NCBI GenBank assembly: GCA_946183785.1
Contig: CAMHCS010000003.1
Location: 317-64,316, forward strand
Source of the DNA: an uncultured Selenomonadales bacterium
GTDB taxonomy: Bacteria > Bacillota > Negativicutes > Selenomonadales > Selenomonadaceae
Reading direction: 5' to 3'
Length of the DNA: 64,000 nucleotides
Shown here one piece after another: positions 34,254-44,142 of the stretch (within the stretch, counting starts at the first letter, position 1; every line of letters begins with the position of its first letter). The notes under the pieces were generated by a model. That model made no database searches, was not told the DNA's origin, and saw only the letters and a list, made by a program, of their open reading frames with translations. Position numbers and translations under genes: made by a program.

Positions 34254-35993
34254 TCATCTTTTCTGTTGCAGCCGGAACTGCTTGACCATCTGCTGCATTT
34301 CGGCGGAAAGCTTCGCCAGTGAACGGCTGGAGTTGGCAATTTCGTCCATGCCTGCCGCCTGCTCCTCGGAAGACGCCGATACGCTCTGCGCTTCGTCCGC
34401 GACGGAGCGTGCCTGCCGGGAAACGTCTTCCGCATGCTCGGCAATTTCGGCGACGGGCGCCTGGAGTCCTTCAATGGTCTTCAGGATATTTTCCGTCGAT
34501 ATGCGGACGGCTTCGACCTGTTCGACGATGCGCTGGAAATATTCGCCGGTCTGGTTGACGTTTTCCTTGCCCTCATGGACGGTATCGCGGCCCAGCTCAA
34601 TGGAACGAACGGCCGCGTCGGTGGATTGCTGGATGGCTCGGATGCGTTCACCGATCTGTTCCGCCGCTTCGCGGGATTCCTCGGCCAGCTTGCGGACTTC
34701 CTCGGCGACGACTGCGAAGCCGCGACCGTGTTCGCCGGCGCGCGCCGCCTCGATGGCCGCGTTCAGCGCGAGCAGGTTCGTTTGCCCGGCGATGCCCGTG
34801 ATGACCTCGACGATGGAGCCGATTTCCTTTGAGCGTTCTCCCAGCTTGGCGACGGTGTCCGCCGATTCCGCCACGGTCTCGGCGATGCGGTTCATCTGCT
34901 GGACCGTGTTCGCCGCCAACGTGTTGCCTTCATTTGCCTGCGCTACCGCATCGTGGACGCCTTTCATGCCAGAACGCACAACTTCGACGACGTCGTGCAT
35001 GCCTGCCTTGAGGCGGTCGACGCGGTCGGTGGTCTCGGTCAGCGCGTCCATCTGCATGGAGGCGGAAGCTGAGACGTTGGTAACGGCTTCGGCGACGCTC
35101 TGGGTCGCTTGCGCGGACTGCTCCGCGTTTTCGGTCAGGCGCTCAGAGCTCTGCGCGACTTCCTCCGCCGTGCCTTCCATGCGAAGGAGCACGCTGCGGG
35201 TGGCGTCAAGCATTTCGTTGAAATAGTGGGCGATCTCGCCAAACTCGTCCGCCGTTTCCAAATCGATGTTTCGGGAAAGGTCGCCGTCCGCCGCTTTTTT
35301 CGCGGTGGTGGTGATGGTGGTGACCGAGCTCTTGATGGTTTTCGTCAGCGCGACGAGGACCAAAATGGAAATGACGAGAATCAGGACGCTGGCGCCAATC
35401 GCCATCTTGATGACGGACTGGTACGCTTCTTCGCCTGCGTTCAATGCTTCCTGCGTTCCTTTGCGGCAGCTCTCGGCGTCCTCGTCCATCGCGTCGATCA
35501 GTGCGGAAAAGGCTTTCGCGGTCTCTTTTTCCAGCAGAATATCTGCTTCTTTGCGCTTGCCGGCGTCCAGCAGCGCGTCCACCTTTTTCACTTCGGCGCG
35601 GTAATTTTCCCAGAGTTTCCTTTCCGTGTTCAGGATTTTGAAATCGCTCTCTTTTTCCTCGGGCGTGTCGTATTCCGTTTCATTCAGCGTCTTTTCGTAT
35701 TCGGCGAAGGCCTCGTCCACCGTGCCGATGCGTTCTTTTTCGGCCTTTGCCCACTCCTGTCGCGAAGCCGGGTCTTCGACGGTGATACGATACATCAGTG
35801 CGCGGTGCAGGCCTGCAGCCGTCTCGGAAATGGTCGCTACCCGGTCACGGGATTCCATCCAGTCGCCGATATTTCGGACCTCTTTACCGATGTTTTCCGC
35901 CGAGCGCACGGCAAAATACCCGAAGCCGGCGAACAGTAGGAACAGCACGCCGAAAGCCAGGGCCAGCTTTTTCGAAATCGAAAGTTGTTGCAT
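34254..35993 (-). CDS. Methyl-accepting chemotaxis protein (two TM segments, periplasmic helical sensor, HAMP, MA domain)
   Basis: Highly conserved signalling hairpin [35 protein letters not shown]. 579 aa. Confidence 0.92.
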   Translation of the reverse strand: MQQLSISKKLALAFGVLFLLFAGFGYFAVRSAENIGKEVRNIGDWMESRDRVATISETAAGLHRALMYRITVEDPASRQEWAKAEKERIGTVDEAFAEYEKTLNETEYDTPEEKESDFKILNTERKLWENYRAEVKKVDALLDAGKRKEADILLEKETAKAFSALIDAMDEDAESCRKGTQEALNAGEEAYQSVIKMAIGASVLILVISILVLVALTKTIKSSVTTITTTAKKAADGDLSRNIDLETADEFGEIAHYFNEMLDATRSVLLRMEGTAEEVAQSSERLTENAEQSAQATQSVAEAVTNVSASASMQMDALTETTDRVDRLKAGMHDVVEVVRSGMKGVHDAVAQANEGNTLAANTVQQMNRIAETVAESADTVAKLGERSKEIGSIVEVITGIAGQTNLLALNAAIEAARAGEHGRGFAVVAEEVRKLAEESREAAEQIGERIRAIQQSTDAAVRSIELGRDTVHEGKENVNQTGEYFQRIVEQVEAVRISTENILKTIEGLQAPVAEIAEHAEDVSRQARSVADEAQSVSASSEEQAAGMDEIANSSRSLAKLSAEMQQMVKQFRLQQKR

Positions 35994-36179
35994 GAAAATC
36001 CGCCCCTTTTCATGGATATTATAAATATTTTACGACACAAAACGAAAAAATCCTGCCGCGAATGCAAAAAGTGCGGAATTATTTGTTCGGCAAATATCCA
36101 CCGTTTTTCCCTTGTTTTTCTCAATGAAATCTACTATCATAAAAACGGTTTAAAATTTCATAGCAGAGGAAGGGATTTT

Positions 36180-37805
36180 ATGAAGCAAAGGGTTCATCGG
36201 TTTTTCTCGCTTGTGCTGACGTTCGTCTTTACGTTTGCGTTCTCGGCGATTGCATGGGCGGCGGACGTGGTAATCCTGCACACGAACGACATCCACTGCG
36301 GCATCAGCGATAACGTTGGCGTTGCGCGGCTCTCGCAGTACAAGAAGGATCTTAAGAAGCAGGGTTTTGCCGTGTTGCTCGTGGATGCGGGCGACGCGGT
36401 GCAGGGCGCGCCGATTGGCAAGCTCTCAAAGGGCGAATCGATTGTGAACATCATGAATGCCATCGGTTACGATTTCATCATTCCGGGCAATCATGAGTTC
36501 GACTATGGTATGGCGCAGTTCTTCGCGCTTTTGAAAAAGCAGAAGACGCCTTACTATTCCTGCAATTTCACCGATCTCCGCACGGGCGAGCATCCGCTCC
36601 AGTCCTATAAAATCGTTGAAGCGGGCGGCCATACGATCGCTTTCGTCGGGGTGACGACGCCGGAGACTTTGGCAACCTCGACGCCAAAGTATTTCCAGGA
36701 CGAGAACGGAAAATTCATCTATGGTTTCTCGGAGGACGAGACAGGCGAAAAAATTTACGCGGCAATCCAAAAGGCTGTGGATGAGGCAAGGGCGAAAGGC
36801 GCGGAATATGTGATCCTTGTCGGGCATCTCGGGATGGACGGCACGATCCCGCGCTGGTCGAGCACGTCGATTGCGGAGAATACGCGCGGCGTTACGGCAA
36901 TCATTGACGCCCATTCTCATGAAAAGTATGAGAATCGTCCCGCGAAGGGAACGGACGGCAAAGACGTCCTGATTACTCAGACCGGCACGAAGATGCAGAC
37001 TGTCGGCAAGCTGGTGCTGCACGACGACGGTACGATGACCTCGACGCTGGAAACGGTGGAAACTGGGCTGCCCGACCCCGACCCGAAAATCTTGAAAGTC
37101 ATCGAGAAGGAAAACAAGAAATTTGAGCCGATCTTGAAGCAGCAGGTGGGCGAGTCGCTGGTCGATCTGCAGGAGCGGGATCCCGCGACGGGCAAGCGCC
37201 GCGTGCGCAGCCAGGAGACGAACATGGGTGACTTCGTGGCCGACGCGTTCCGCGCAGTGCTCAATACGGACGTAGCTCTCGTGAACGGCGGCTCGCTCCG
37301 CAATACGATCCGGAAAGGTGTATTTACCTATCAGGATGTCCTGACTGCGTTCCCCTTCGGCAACATGAGCGCGGCGGTGGAAGTCACGGGACAGACGCTC
37401 CTCGACGCGTTGGAGCTCGGGTCGATGAATTTGCCCGAGGAGAACGGCGGCTTCCTGCAGGTCTCTGGACTCAGCTACACGATTGACGCCACGATTCCCT
37501 CCACAGTGGAACTGGACGCGCATGGCAGCTTTGTCGGCGTGAAGGGCGAACGCCGCGTCAAGGACGTGATGGTCGGCGGAAAGCCGCTTGACCCGGAAAA
37601 AATCTACACCGTCGGCGGCACGACCTATGTGCTGAAGGACGGCGGCAACGGTATGGTCATGTTCAAAGGCGCGAAGCTGATAGACGACGGCTCCCTCACC
37701 GACGCGGACATGATCATGGAGTATGTGCAGAACCACAAGAACGCGAAGATCGGTGAAGAGTACGCGGACTGGAAAGGACAGGGGCGTATCACGATTATCG
37801 AGTGA
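36180..37805 (+). CDS. Secreted bifunctional metallophosphatase/5'-nucleotidase (UshA/CpdB-like)
   Basis: Signal peptide FFSLVLTFVFTFAFSAIAWA. Metallophosphoesterase motifs HTNDIHCG, DAGDAVQG and GNHEFDYG, plus a C-terminal 5'-nucleotidase domain. The ORF-track start at 35985 is rejected. Confidence 0.85.
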   Translation: MKQRVHRFFSLVLTFVFTFAFSAIAWAADVVILHTNDIHCGISDNVGVARLSQYKKDLKKQGFAVLLVDAGDAVQGAPIGKLSKGESIVNIMNAIGYDFIIPGNHEFDYGMAQFFALLKKQKTPYYSCNFTDLRTGEHPLQSYKIVEAGGHTIAFVGVTTPETLATSTPKYFQDENGKFIYGFSEDETGEKIYAAIQKAVDEARAKGAEYVILVGHLGMDGTIPRWSSTSIAENTRGVTAIIDAHSHEKYENRPAKGTDGKDVLITQTGTKMQTVGKLVLHDDGTMTSTLETVETGLPDPDPKILKVIEKENKKFEPILKQQVGESLVDLQERDPATGKRRVRSQETNMGDFVADAFRAVLNTDVALVNGGSLRNTIRKGVFTYQDVLTAFPFGNMSAAVEVTGQTLLDALELGSMNLPEENGGFLQVSGLSYTIDATIPSTVELDAHGSFVGVKGERRVKDVMVGGKPLDPEKIYTVGGTTYVLKDGGNGMVMFKGAKLIDDGSLTDADMIMEYVQNHKNAKIGEEYADWKGQGRITIIE

Positions 37806-37822
37806 CCTTCATACACGTTTTC

Positions 37823-37858
37823 GAAAACCGCTCGCGTGTCGGGCGGTTTTCATTTTAT
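37823..37858 (+). terminator. Intrinsic terminator after the 5'-nucleotidase gene
   Basis: Stem GAAAACCGC (37823-37831) / GCGGTTTTC (37843-37851) followed by ATTTTAT. Confidence 0.65.
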
Positions 37859-37913
37859 ATGGGAAGAAGTTGTGCTATAATTTTATGAAAAGGAACTTGG
37901 AGGAGAATATACA

Positions 37914-38885
37914 GTGAAGGTCTTGGTTACTGGTGGGGCCGGTTATATCGGCAGCCATGCGAATCGGTTTTTGGCGCGTCAGGGGATAGAGACTGTTGTT
38001 TTGGACGATTTGTCCAACGGGCACCGGGAGGCGGTGACGGACGGGCGGCTCGTTGTTGGCGATATGGGCGACCGGATGTTGCTTGACGAACTGATGGCGG
38101 AGGAAAGGTTCGACGCGGTGATGGATTTTGCCGCATTCATCGAGGTTGGGGAGTCGGTGGAAAATCCGGCGAAGTATTATGAGAACAACGTGGTAAAGTT
38201 GAAAACGCTGCTGGACGCCGTGGCCGCAAATAATATCCGTTTTTTCGTGTTCTCGTCGACGGCAGCGGTTTTCGGCGAGCCTCGTTATGTGCCGATCAAC
38301 GAGAAGCACCCTCGCGAGCCGATCAATCCATATGGCATGACGAAGCGGGTCGGCGAGGCGATGTTGGACGATTATGGGCGAGCCTACGGCCTTGTTTCCT
38401 GTGCGTTCCGGTATTTTAACGCGGCGGGGGACGCGCCGGACGGCGTCATCGGCGAGGCACATGAGCCGGAGAGCCATCTGATTCCGCGTGTGTTGCGGGC
38501 GGCGAAAGACGGGCGTGCGATGAAGGTGTTCGGTACCAATTACGACACCCGGGACGGAAGCTGCGTTCGCGACTACATACATGTGGAGGATTTGGCGGAG
38601 GCGCATTATCTGGGGCTGCGGTATATCATGGAGGAAAAAGAAAGCGAGCAGTTCAACCTCGGCAGCAGCGAGGGCTTTACCGTGCTGGAGTTGATTCGCG
38701 AGGCGGAGCGTGTGACCGGAGGGAAAATTCCTTTTGAGATTTCGGGGCGCCGCCCCGGCGATCCGGCGACGCTGATCGCGGCGAATGGAAAGGCACGGAA
38801 AATTCTCGGCTGGGAGCCGAAGCGAAGTGATTTGTCCACGATTTTGCGGGACGCCTGGAATTGGGAGCAGAATCGGAAATATTAG
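37914..38885 (+). CDS. galE: UDP-glucose 4-epimerase GalE
   Basis: GTG start. VLVTGGAGYIGSH Rossmann motif, YGMTK catalytic motif, SSTAAVFG. 323 aa. Confidence 0.9.
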   Translation: MKVLVTGGAGYIGSHANRFLARQGIETVVLDDLSNGHREAVTDGRLVVGDMGDRMLLDELMAEERFDAVMDFAAFIEVGESVENPAKYYENNVVKLKTLLDAVAANNIRFFVFSSTAAVFGEPRYVPINEKHPREPINPYGMTKRVGEAMLDDYGRAYGLVSCAFRYFNAAGDAPDGVIGEAHEPESHLIPRVLRAAKDGRAMKVFGTNYDTRDGSCVRDYIHVEDLAEAHYLGLRYIMEEKESEQFNLGSSEGFTVLELIREAERVTGGKIPFEISGRRPGDPATLIAANGKARKILGWEPKRSDLSTILRDAWNWEQNRKY

Positions 38886-38958
38886 TGTGGGATAAGAGTT
38901 TTCTTGCTTGTGCGAGATATATGCATCAAAGTGTTTCCTGATGTAAGGAGGTTATGCC

Positions 38959-40344
38959 ATGGGAGTTGTCGGAGCTGTCGTGGTGCCGCATCCACCGCTG
39001 ATCATGCCGGAGGTCGGGCGCGGCGAGGAAAAGAAGATACAGGCGACGATCGACGCCTACCGTGAGGCGATGCGGCGCATGGCGGATCTGAAGCCCGATA
39101 CCGTGGTGATTTCCAGTCCTCATGCGACGATGTACGCCGATTATTTTCATATCTCACCGCGTGAACACGCGGAGGGGGATTTTGGTGATTTCCGCGCTCC
39201 GGGGGTGAAGCTTTCGGCGGAATACGACGCGGAGATGGTGAGAACAGTTTCGCACCTTCTCGCTGAGGCGGGCGTGGATGGCGGTACGGGCGCGGAACGC
39301 ATGCCGAAGCTCGACCATGGCACGATGGTTCCGCTTCGTTTCGTCCAGGAAGTCATGCCGGATGTGAAAATCGTTCGCGTCGGTCTGTCAGGGCAGTCGC
39401 CGCGTGCCCATTATCGCTTTGGCGAATGTGTAGCGCAGGCGGCGGAGCTGTTGAACCGGCGTGTGGTCTATGTGGCGTCCGGCGACCTTTCCCACAAGTT
39501 GAAGGCTGACGGTCCTTACGGTTTTGCCGCTGAAGGCCCGGTATTTGACAAGGAATGTATGGAGGCGCTGGCGGCCGGGGATTTCCTTCGGCTTCTGTCC
39601 ATCGATACGGAGCTTTCCGAAGGAGCGGCGGAGTGTGGTCTGCGTTCATTCTGGATGATGGCTGGCGCCCTGGATCGTCGGCGCGTCGAAAGCGAGCAGC
39701 TTTCCTATGAAGGCACATTCGGCGTCGGCTACGGGGTGGCGTCTTTTATTGTCGGCGAGCGCGATGAAAGCCGTGCGTTCGGGGACTTGTTCGAGAAGAC
39801 GCGAAAGGAGAAACTGGCGGCGCAAAAGGCGGCGGAGGACGAGTATGTGAAGCTCGCGCGCATGAGCCTTGAGACTTTTGTGAAAACCGGGAAACGCGCC
39901 GACGTGCCGAAAGACCTGCCGCCGGAGCTTTCGGGGCTTCGGGCGGGCGCGTTCGTTTCGCTGAAGAAGGACGGCATGCTGCGCGGCTGCATTGGGACAA
40001 TCCTGCCCGTCACGGAAAGCCTCGGGGCGGAGATTGTGCGAAATGCGGTTTCGGCGTGTTCGGAGGATCCGCGGTTCAATCCTGTGACCGAGGACGAGCT
40101 GGACTCCCTCGTTTACAGTGTGGACGTGCTCTCGCTGCCGGAACCCATCGATTCAGACGAAATGCTCGATCCGAAACGCTACGGCGTCATCGTTGAAAGC
40201 AACGGGCGGCGCGGGCTGTTGCTCCCTGACCTCGCAGGAGTCGACACGGTGGCAGAGCAGCTTTCTATCGCCTGCCGCAAGGGAGGTATCGACCCGGAAG
40301 GCCCGGTAAAGCTGTGGAGGTTTGAGGTGACAAGGCATCGTTGA
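38959..40344 (+). CDS. Fusion of a LigB/Memo-like (class III extradiol dioxygenase fold) domain with an AMMECR1 domain (AmmeMemoRadiSam system protein A-type)
   Basis: N-terminus GAVVVPHPPLIMPEVG...VVISSPH...DLSHKL (LigB-like). C-terminus AFVSLKKDGMLRGCIGTILP...SEDPRFNPVTEDEL...RRGLLLPD (AMMECR1 signature). Confidence 0.8.
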   Translation: MGVVGAVVVPHPPLIMPEVGRGEEKKIQATIDAYREAMRRMADLKPDTVVISSPHATMYADYFHISPREHAEGDFGDFRAPGVKLSAEYDAEMVRTVSHLLAEAGVDGGTGAERMPKLDHGTMVPLRFVQEVMPDVKIVRVGLSGQSPRAHYRFGECVAQAAELLNRRVVYVASGDLSHKLKADGPYGFAAEGPVFDKECMEALAAGDFLRLLSIDTELSEGAAECGLRSFWMMAGALDRRRVESEQLSYEGTFGVGYGVASFIVGERDESRAFGDLFEKTRKEKLAAQKAAEDEYVKLARMSLETFVKTGKRADVPKDLPPELSGLRAGAFVSLKKDGMLRGCIGTILPVTESLGAEIVRNAVSACSEDPRFNPVTEDELDSLVYSVDVLSLPEPIDSDEMLDPKRYGVIVESNGRRGLLLPDLAGVDTVAEQLSIACRKGGIDPEGPVKLWRFEVTRHR

Positions 40345-40375
40345 TAAAACGTGTGAAGAGTGGAGAGGTACCGTC

Positions 40376-41203
40376 ATGAGTGAAAAAACCGTTTGCCCTG
40401 TCTGCCCTCACCATTGCGCTCTTGCCGAAGGGCAAACGGGGCGGTGCCGCGCGCGGGGCAATCGGGGCGGGAACGTGGTCAGCCTGTCTTATGGGCGCGT
40501 GAATTCGGTTGCCCTCGACCCTGTGGAGAAAAAGCCGTTCGCCCGTTGGCAGTCCGGCAAATTCATTTTGTCTGTCGGGACCTTTGGCTGCAATCTGTCC
40601 TGCGCGTTCTGCCAAAATGCGACGATTTCACAGGTCGGCGCTGAGACAGAAACGGAATCGCTGCCTCCGGAGCGGCTTGCCGGGATGGCGGCGGAACTCG
40701 CGCCGCGAGGCAACGTCGGCGCGGCTTTCACTTACAACGAGCCGCTGATTGGTTGGGAATATGTATATGACGCGGCAAAGCTTCTGCATGAAGCAGGACT
40801 GCTCGTCGCGCTGGTGACGAACGGTACGGCTGAGTTGGCAATCCTGGAAAAGTTGCTGCCTTATGTCGACGCGATGAACATTGATCTAAAAACATGGTCG
40901 GCGGAAGGCTACAAAAAGCTCGGCGGCGATTTCGAGACGGTCCGTCGGACGATTTCGCTTGCGGCGAAGTCCTGCCATGTCGAGATTACGACGTTGGCGG
41001 CGCCGGGCTTCGGCGATGACGCGGAAGCGATGGACGAGGAGGCGGCGTGGCTCGCGTCGATTTCGGAGGAAATGCCGCTCCATATCAGCCGATATTTTCC
41101 GCGGTGGAAGATGTCGGAGCCAATGACGCCGCTTGCGACGATCGAAATACTCTGCGCAACGGCGAAGAAGCATTTGAAATACGTTTACGCGGGCAACTGT
41201 TAG
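40376..41203 (+). CDS. AmmeMemoRadiSam system radical SAM enzyme (PflA-like activase family)
   Basis: N-terminal Cys cluster CPVCPHHCALAEGQTGRCRARGN and radical SAM motif CNLSCAFCQN. 275 aa. Confidence 0.85.
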   Translation: MSEKTVCPVCPHHCALAEGQTGRCRARGNRGGNVVSLSYGRVNSVALDPVEKKPFARWQSGKFILSVGTFGCNLSCAFCQNATISQVGAETETESLPPERLAGMAAELAPRGNVGAAFTYNEPLIGWEYVYDAAKLLHEAGLLVALVTNGTAELAILEKLLPYVDAMNIDLKTWSAEGYKKLGGDFETVRRTISLAAKSCHVEITTLAAPGFGDDAEAMDEEAAWLASISEEMPLHISRYFPRWKMSEPMTPLATIEILCATAKKHLKYVYAGNC

Positions 41204-41222
41204 GGAAGAAAGGAGGGGCGAT

Positions 41223-41549
41223 ATGCGGCGCGATTACAGCTTTGAATTTGACGAAGAAGAACGGCAGACCTCGTCGATCCATCGCCTTAATATGCACCCG
41301 GTACTCGAGCCGGAGCCGGACGGCCCGATGTTTTCCCGCGGGCAAAAAATGAGCATGATGCTCTCGGCGGTTTTGCTCGTCTACGCGCTCCTCTCGGGCG
41401 ATATGCCGTTGATATTCCTGTTGCTTTCGTTCCTCAGCTATCTTTTGCGCCCGCTGGCGGAAAAAACCGTCGGCCTTTGGCTCAGCAATGCGATGAAAGG
41501 ATTTTCGTTCGCGCTCGGCCTGGGGGCGGTGGCAATGGCATTTTTGTGA
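41223..41549 (+). CDS. Small two-TM membrane protein (108 aa), third gene of the AmmeMemoRadiSam operon
   Basis: Strong RBS AAAGGAGGGG 5-6 nt before the ATG, 20 nt after the radical SAM stop. Acidic N-terminus DYSFEFDEEERQ followed by two hydrophobic helices. Confidence 0.6.
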   Translation: MRRDYSFEFDEEERQTSSIHRLNMHPVLEPEPDGPMFSRGQKMSMMLSAVLLVYALLSGDMPLIFLLLSFLSYLLRPLAEKTVGLWLSNAMKGFSFALGLGAVAMAFL

Positions 41550-41858
41550 TACTGGAAACCGATTGGAATAACTCATTATACAGGTGCTGCATTTAGCAGT
41601 CAGACAAGCGTCAGCTCGGTTGCAGAGCACAAAACGCGCGTCTGTTGAATTGGATTTTCAATTCGATGGTAGTAAGAGAAAGCTTGGATGGCGGCAATAA
41701 AACGTTCTTGCGAAAATACGATCGTAAATTTTCGCAGGAGCGTAATTTTTTGCTAAAAATCCTTTCCGCGCTTGGCAGGAAAAATGAAATTTGCGGAGAA
41801 TTAAAACAATAAATATACCTGTAACGTAAAAGCCAAAAAGTATGGGAGGGGAAGTATC

Positions 41859-42992
41859 GTGAAAATGAGGTGCTTGGCCATGATTTTGGCCGGAGGCCAA
41901 GGCAGCCGTCTCGGGGTGTTGACGGCGAAGGTGGCGAAACCGGCGGTGCCGTTTGGGGGAAAGTACCGCATCATTGATTTCCCGTTGTCGAACTGCGCAC
42001 ATTCGGGAATCGAACGCGTGGGCGTGCTGACGCAGTACCGCCCGTTCGAGCTGAACAATTACCTCGGCAACGGCAACGCGTGGGATCTTGACGGGCGCGA
42101 GGGAGGCGTGTTCATCCTGCCGCCGTACGCGCGAGCGAAGGGCGCCGACTGGTACAGCGGGACGGCGGACGCGATTTACCAAAACCTGAACTTCATCGAA
42201 ATGTCCGACCCGGAATATGTGCTGATCTTGTCCGGCGATCACATTTACGCGATGGATTACTCAAAGATGCTGGACGCGCATATCGCGAAGGGCGCGGAGG
42301 CGACCATCGGCGTGATCCGGGTGCCGATGGAGGAGGCGTCCCGGTTCGGCATTCTCGACGCGGAGCCGGACGGGCGCATCACGCGCTTCACCGAGAAACC
42401 GGCCCAGCCCACCAGCGACCTCGCTTCGATGGGCATCTACATTTTCACGAAAGACTTCCTGCACGATTATCTGGTTGCCGACGCGAAACGCGAGGATTCG
42501 AGCCACGACTTCGGCAAGGACATCATCCCGAAGATGCTCTCGGACGGCGCGAAGCTGTTCTCCTACTCCTTTGACGGCTACTGGAAGGACGTGGGGACCA
42601 TCGAGAGCCTTTGGCAAGCGAATATGGACTTCCTCGCCGACGATCCGCCCATCGACATCGGCGGATCGTGGCGCATCCGTTCGGCGAATCCGCCGTTGCC
42701 GCCGCACTATATCGGGCCGGAAGCGGAAGTCGACCACGCGCTTTTGAACGAAGGCGCGGTGGTGCTCGGCTCCGTGGCGCATTCAGTGATCTCCTCGGGC
42801 GTCCGCATCGGGAAAGGCGCAAAAGTTACGGATTCCGTCGTGATGCCGTTCGCGGTCATCGAGGACGGCGCGGTGGTCGACCACGCGATCCTCGGCCCGC
42901 GCACGAACGTCAAATCGGGCGCGAAAGTCAAGGGCACACCCGACGCGATAGCGGTGACGGGCGAGAACGAAGTCGTGGAAGCGGCAGGCTGA
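41859..42992 (+). CDS. glgC: Glucose-1-phosphate adenylyltransferase GlgC
   Basis: [41 protein letters not shown] start after GGGAGGGGAAG. Confidence 0.93.
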   Translation: MKMRCLAMILAGGQGSRLGVLTAKVAKPAVPFGGKYRIIDFPLSNCAHSGIERVGVLTQYRPFELNNYLGNGNAWDLDGREGGVFILPPYARAKGADWYSGTADAIYQNLNFIEMSDPEYVLILSGDHIYAMDYSKMLDAHIAKGAEATIGVIRVPMEEASRFGILDAEPDGRITRFTEKPAQPTSDLASMGIYIFTKDFLHDYLVADAKREDSSHDFGKDIIPKMLSDGAKLFSYSFDGYWKDVGTIESLWQANMDFLADDPPIDIGGSWRIRSANPPLPPHYIGPEAEVDHALLNEGAVVLGSVAHSVISSGVRIGKGAKVTDSVVMPFAVIEDGAVVDHAILGPRTNVKSGAKVKGTPDAIAVTGENEVVEAAG

Positions 42993-42996
42993 GGAG

Positions 42997-44118
42997 GTGG
43001 AGCGAATGAAAAGAGTTATGAGCCTCGTGGATTTGCAGCGCGAGGAAATATATATCAAGGAATTGACACAGGACCGACCGATTGCCTCGCTTCCCTTTGC
43101 GGGACGGTATCGCCTCGTGGACTTCGCGCTTTCGAGCATGGTGACCTCCGGCGTCCGGAACGTCGGCGTGCTTTTGCCGGAGAACAAGTCCCGCTCGATC
43201 CTCGACCATCTGCGGTCGGGCAAGGACTGGGATCTGGCGCGGCATCACAAGGGCCTGTTCTATCTGCCGCCGGTACGTCCGGAGAACGGCGAAAAAGCCA
43301 GCGACCTTCGGAACATTTACTACAACCTGAATTTTGTCGAGAACAGCAACGAGGAATATGTGCTTTTGGCACGCGCGACCTCGGTCTACAACATTGATTT
43401 CACCAAGGTGCTGAAATTCCATATCGACCGCGGCGCGGACGTGACAGTGGTCACAAACAGGGCATGGCACAGCGACCCCTGCTCCGGGCTGATTATCGAG
43501 CCGGGGAAAGACGGGCGTGTGAACGACGCGGCCATCCGGCCCGAATTGAAAGAGGGCGATTACCGCTCCCTGGGCATCTTCCTGATGAGCAAGGAGCTTT
43601 TCTGCAACGTGGTCCGCTACGCTTTCGAGCACGGCGGCACGGATTTCCGCCGGGACGCGATTTTGAAGCAGGCGCCCGGCATGAAATTCTACGCTTATAT
43701 CCACGAGGGCTTCGCGGCGCGCATCTGCTCGACGCCGGCCTTCTACCTGTCGAATCTCAGGATGCTCGACCAGAAGGTCTGGCAGGAACTCTTTATGCAG
43801 GAAGGCGCGCCGATCATCACGAAGGCGAAGGACATGGCGCCCACCGAGTACAAGGAAGGCGCGAAAGTCAAGAACTCGCTGATCGCCAACGGCTGCAAGA
43901 TTCACGGCACGGTAGAGAACAGCGTGATTTTCCGCAACGTGAAGGTGGCTCCGGGAGCGGTCATCCGAAACTCCGTCGTGATGGAGGATTGCGTCCTCGA
44001 AGAGCAGGCGGAACTAGAGCAAGTCATCACCGACAAGGAAGTGACCATCACGAAGGGCAAGCGCCTGCGCGGCGCCGTCAACTTCCCGGTCATGATCGGA
44101 AAGCATATCACGATATAG
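42997..44118 (+). CDS. glgD: Glucose-1-phosphate adenylyltransferase regulatory subunit GlgD
   Basis: LTQDRPIASLPFAGRYRLVDFALSSMVTSGVRNVGVL. It is a glgC paralogue lacking the GGxGxRL motif and sits immediately after glgC. Confidence 0.88.
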   Translation: MERMKRVMSLVDLQREEIYIKELTQDRPIASLPFAGRYRLVDFALSSMVTSGVRNVGVLLPENKSRSILDHLRSGKDWDLARHHKGLFYLPPVRPENGEKASDLRNIYYNLNFVENSNEEYVLLARATSVYNIDFTKVLKFHIDRGADVTVVTNRAWHSDPCSGLIIEPGKDGRVNDAAIRPELKEGDYRSLGIFLMSKELFCNVVRYAFEHGGTDFRRDAILKQAPGMKFYAYIHEGFAARICSTPAFYLSNLRMLDQKVWQELFMQEGAPIITKAKDMAPTEYKEGAKVKNSLIANGCKIHGTVENSVIFRNVKVAPGAVIRNSVVMEDCVLEEQAELEQVITDKEVTITKGKRLRGAVNFPVMIGKHITI

Positions 44119-44142
44119 CGACAATGTAGAGGAGGAAAACCA

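Noticed and set aside
35994-36179. SigD/FliA-type promoter (TAAA-N15-GCCGATAT) upstream of the MCP
   Set aside because: Only a partial -10-like GCCGAACA is present on the minus strand, with no TAAA at the right spacing. This is not enough to call.
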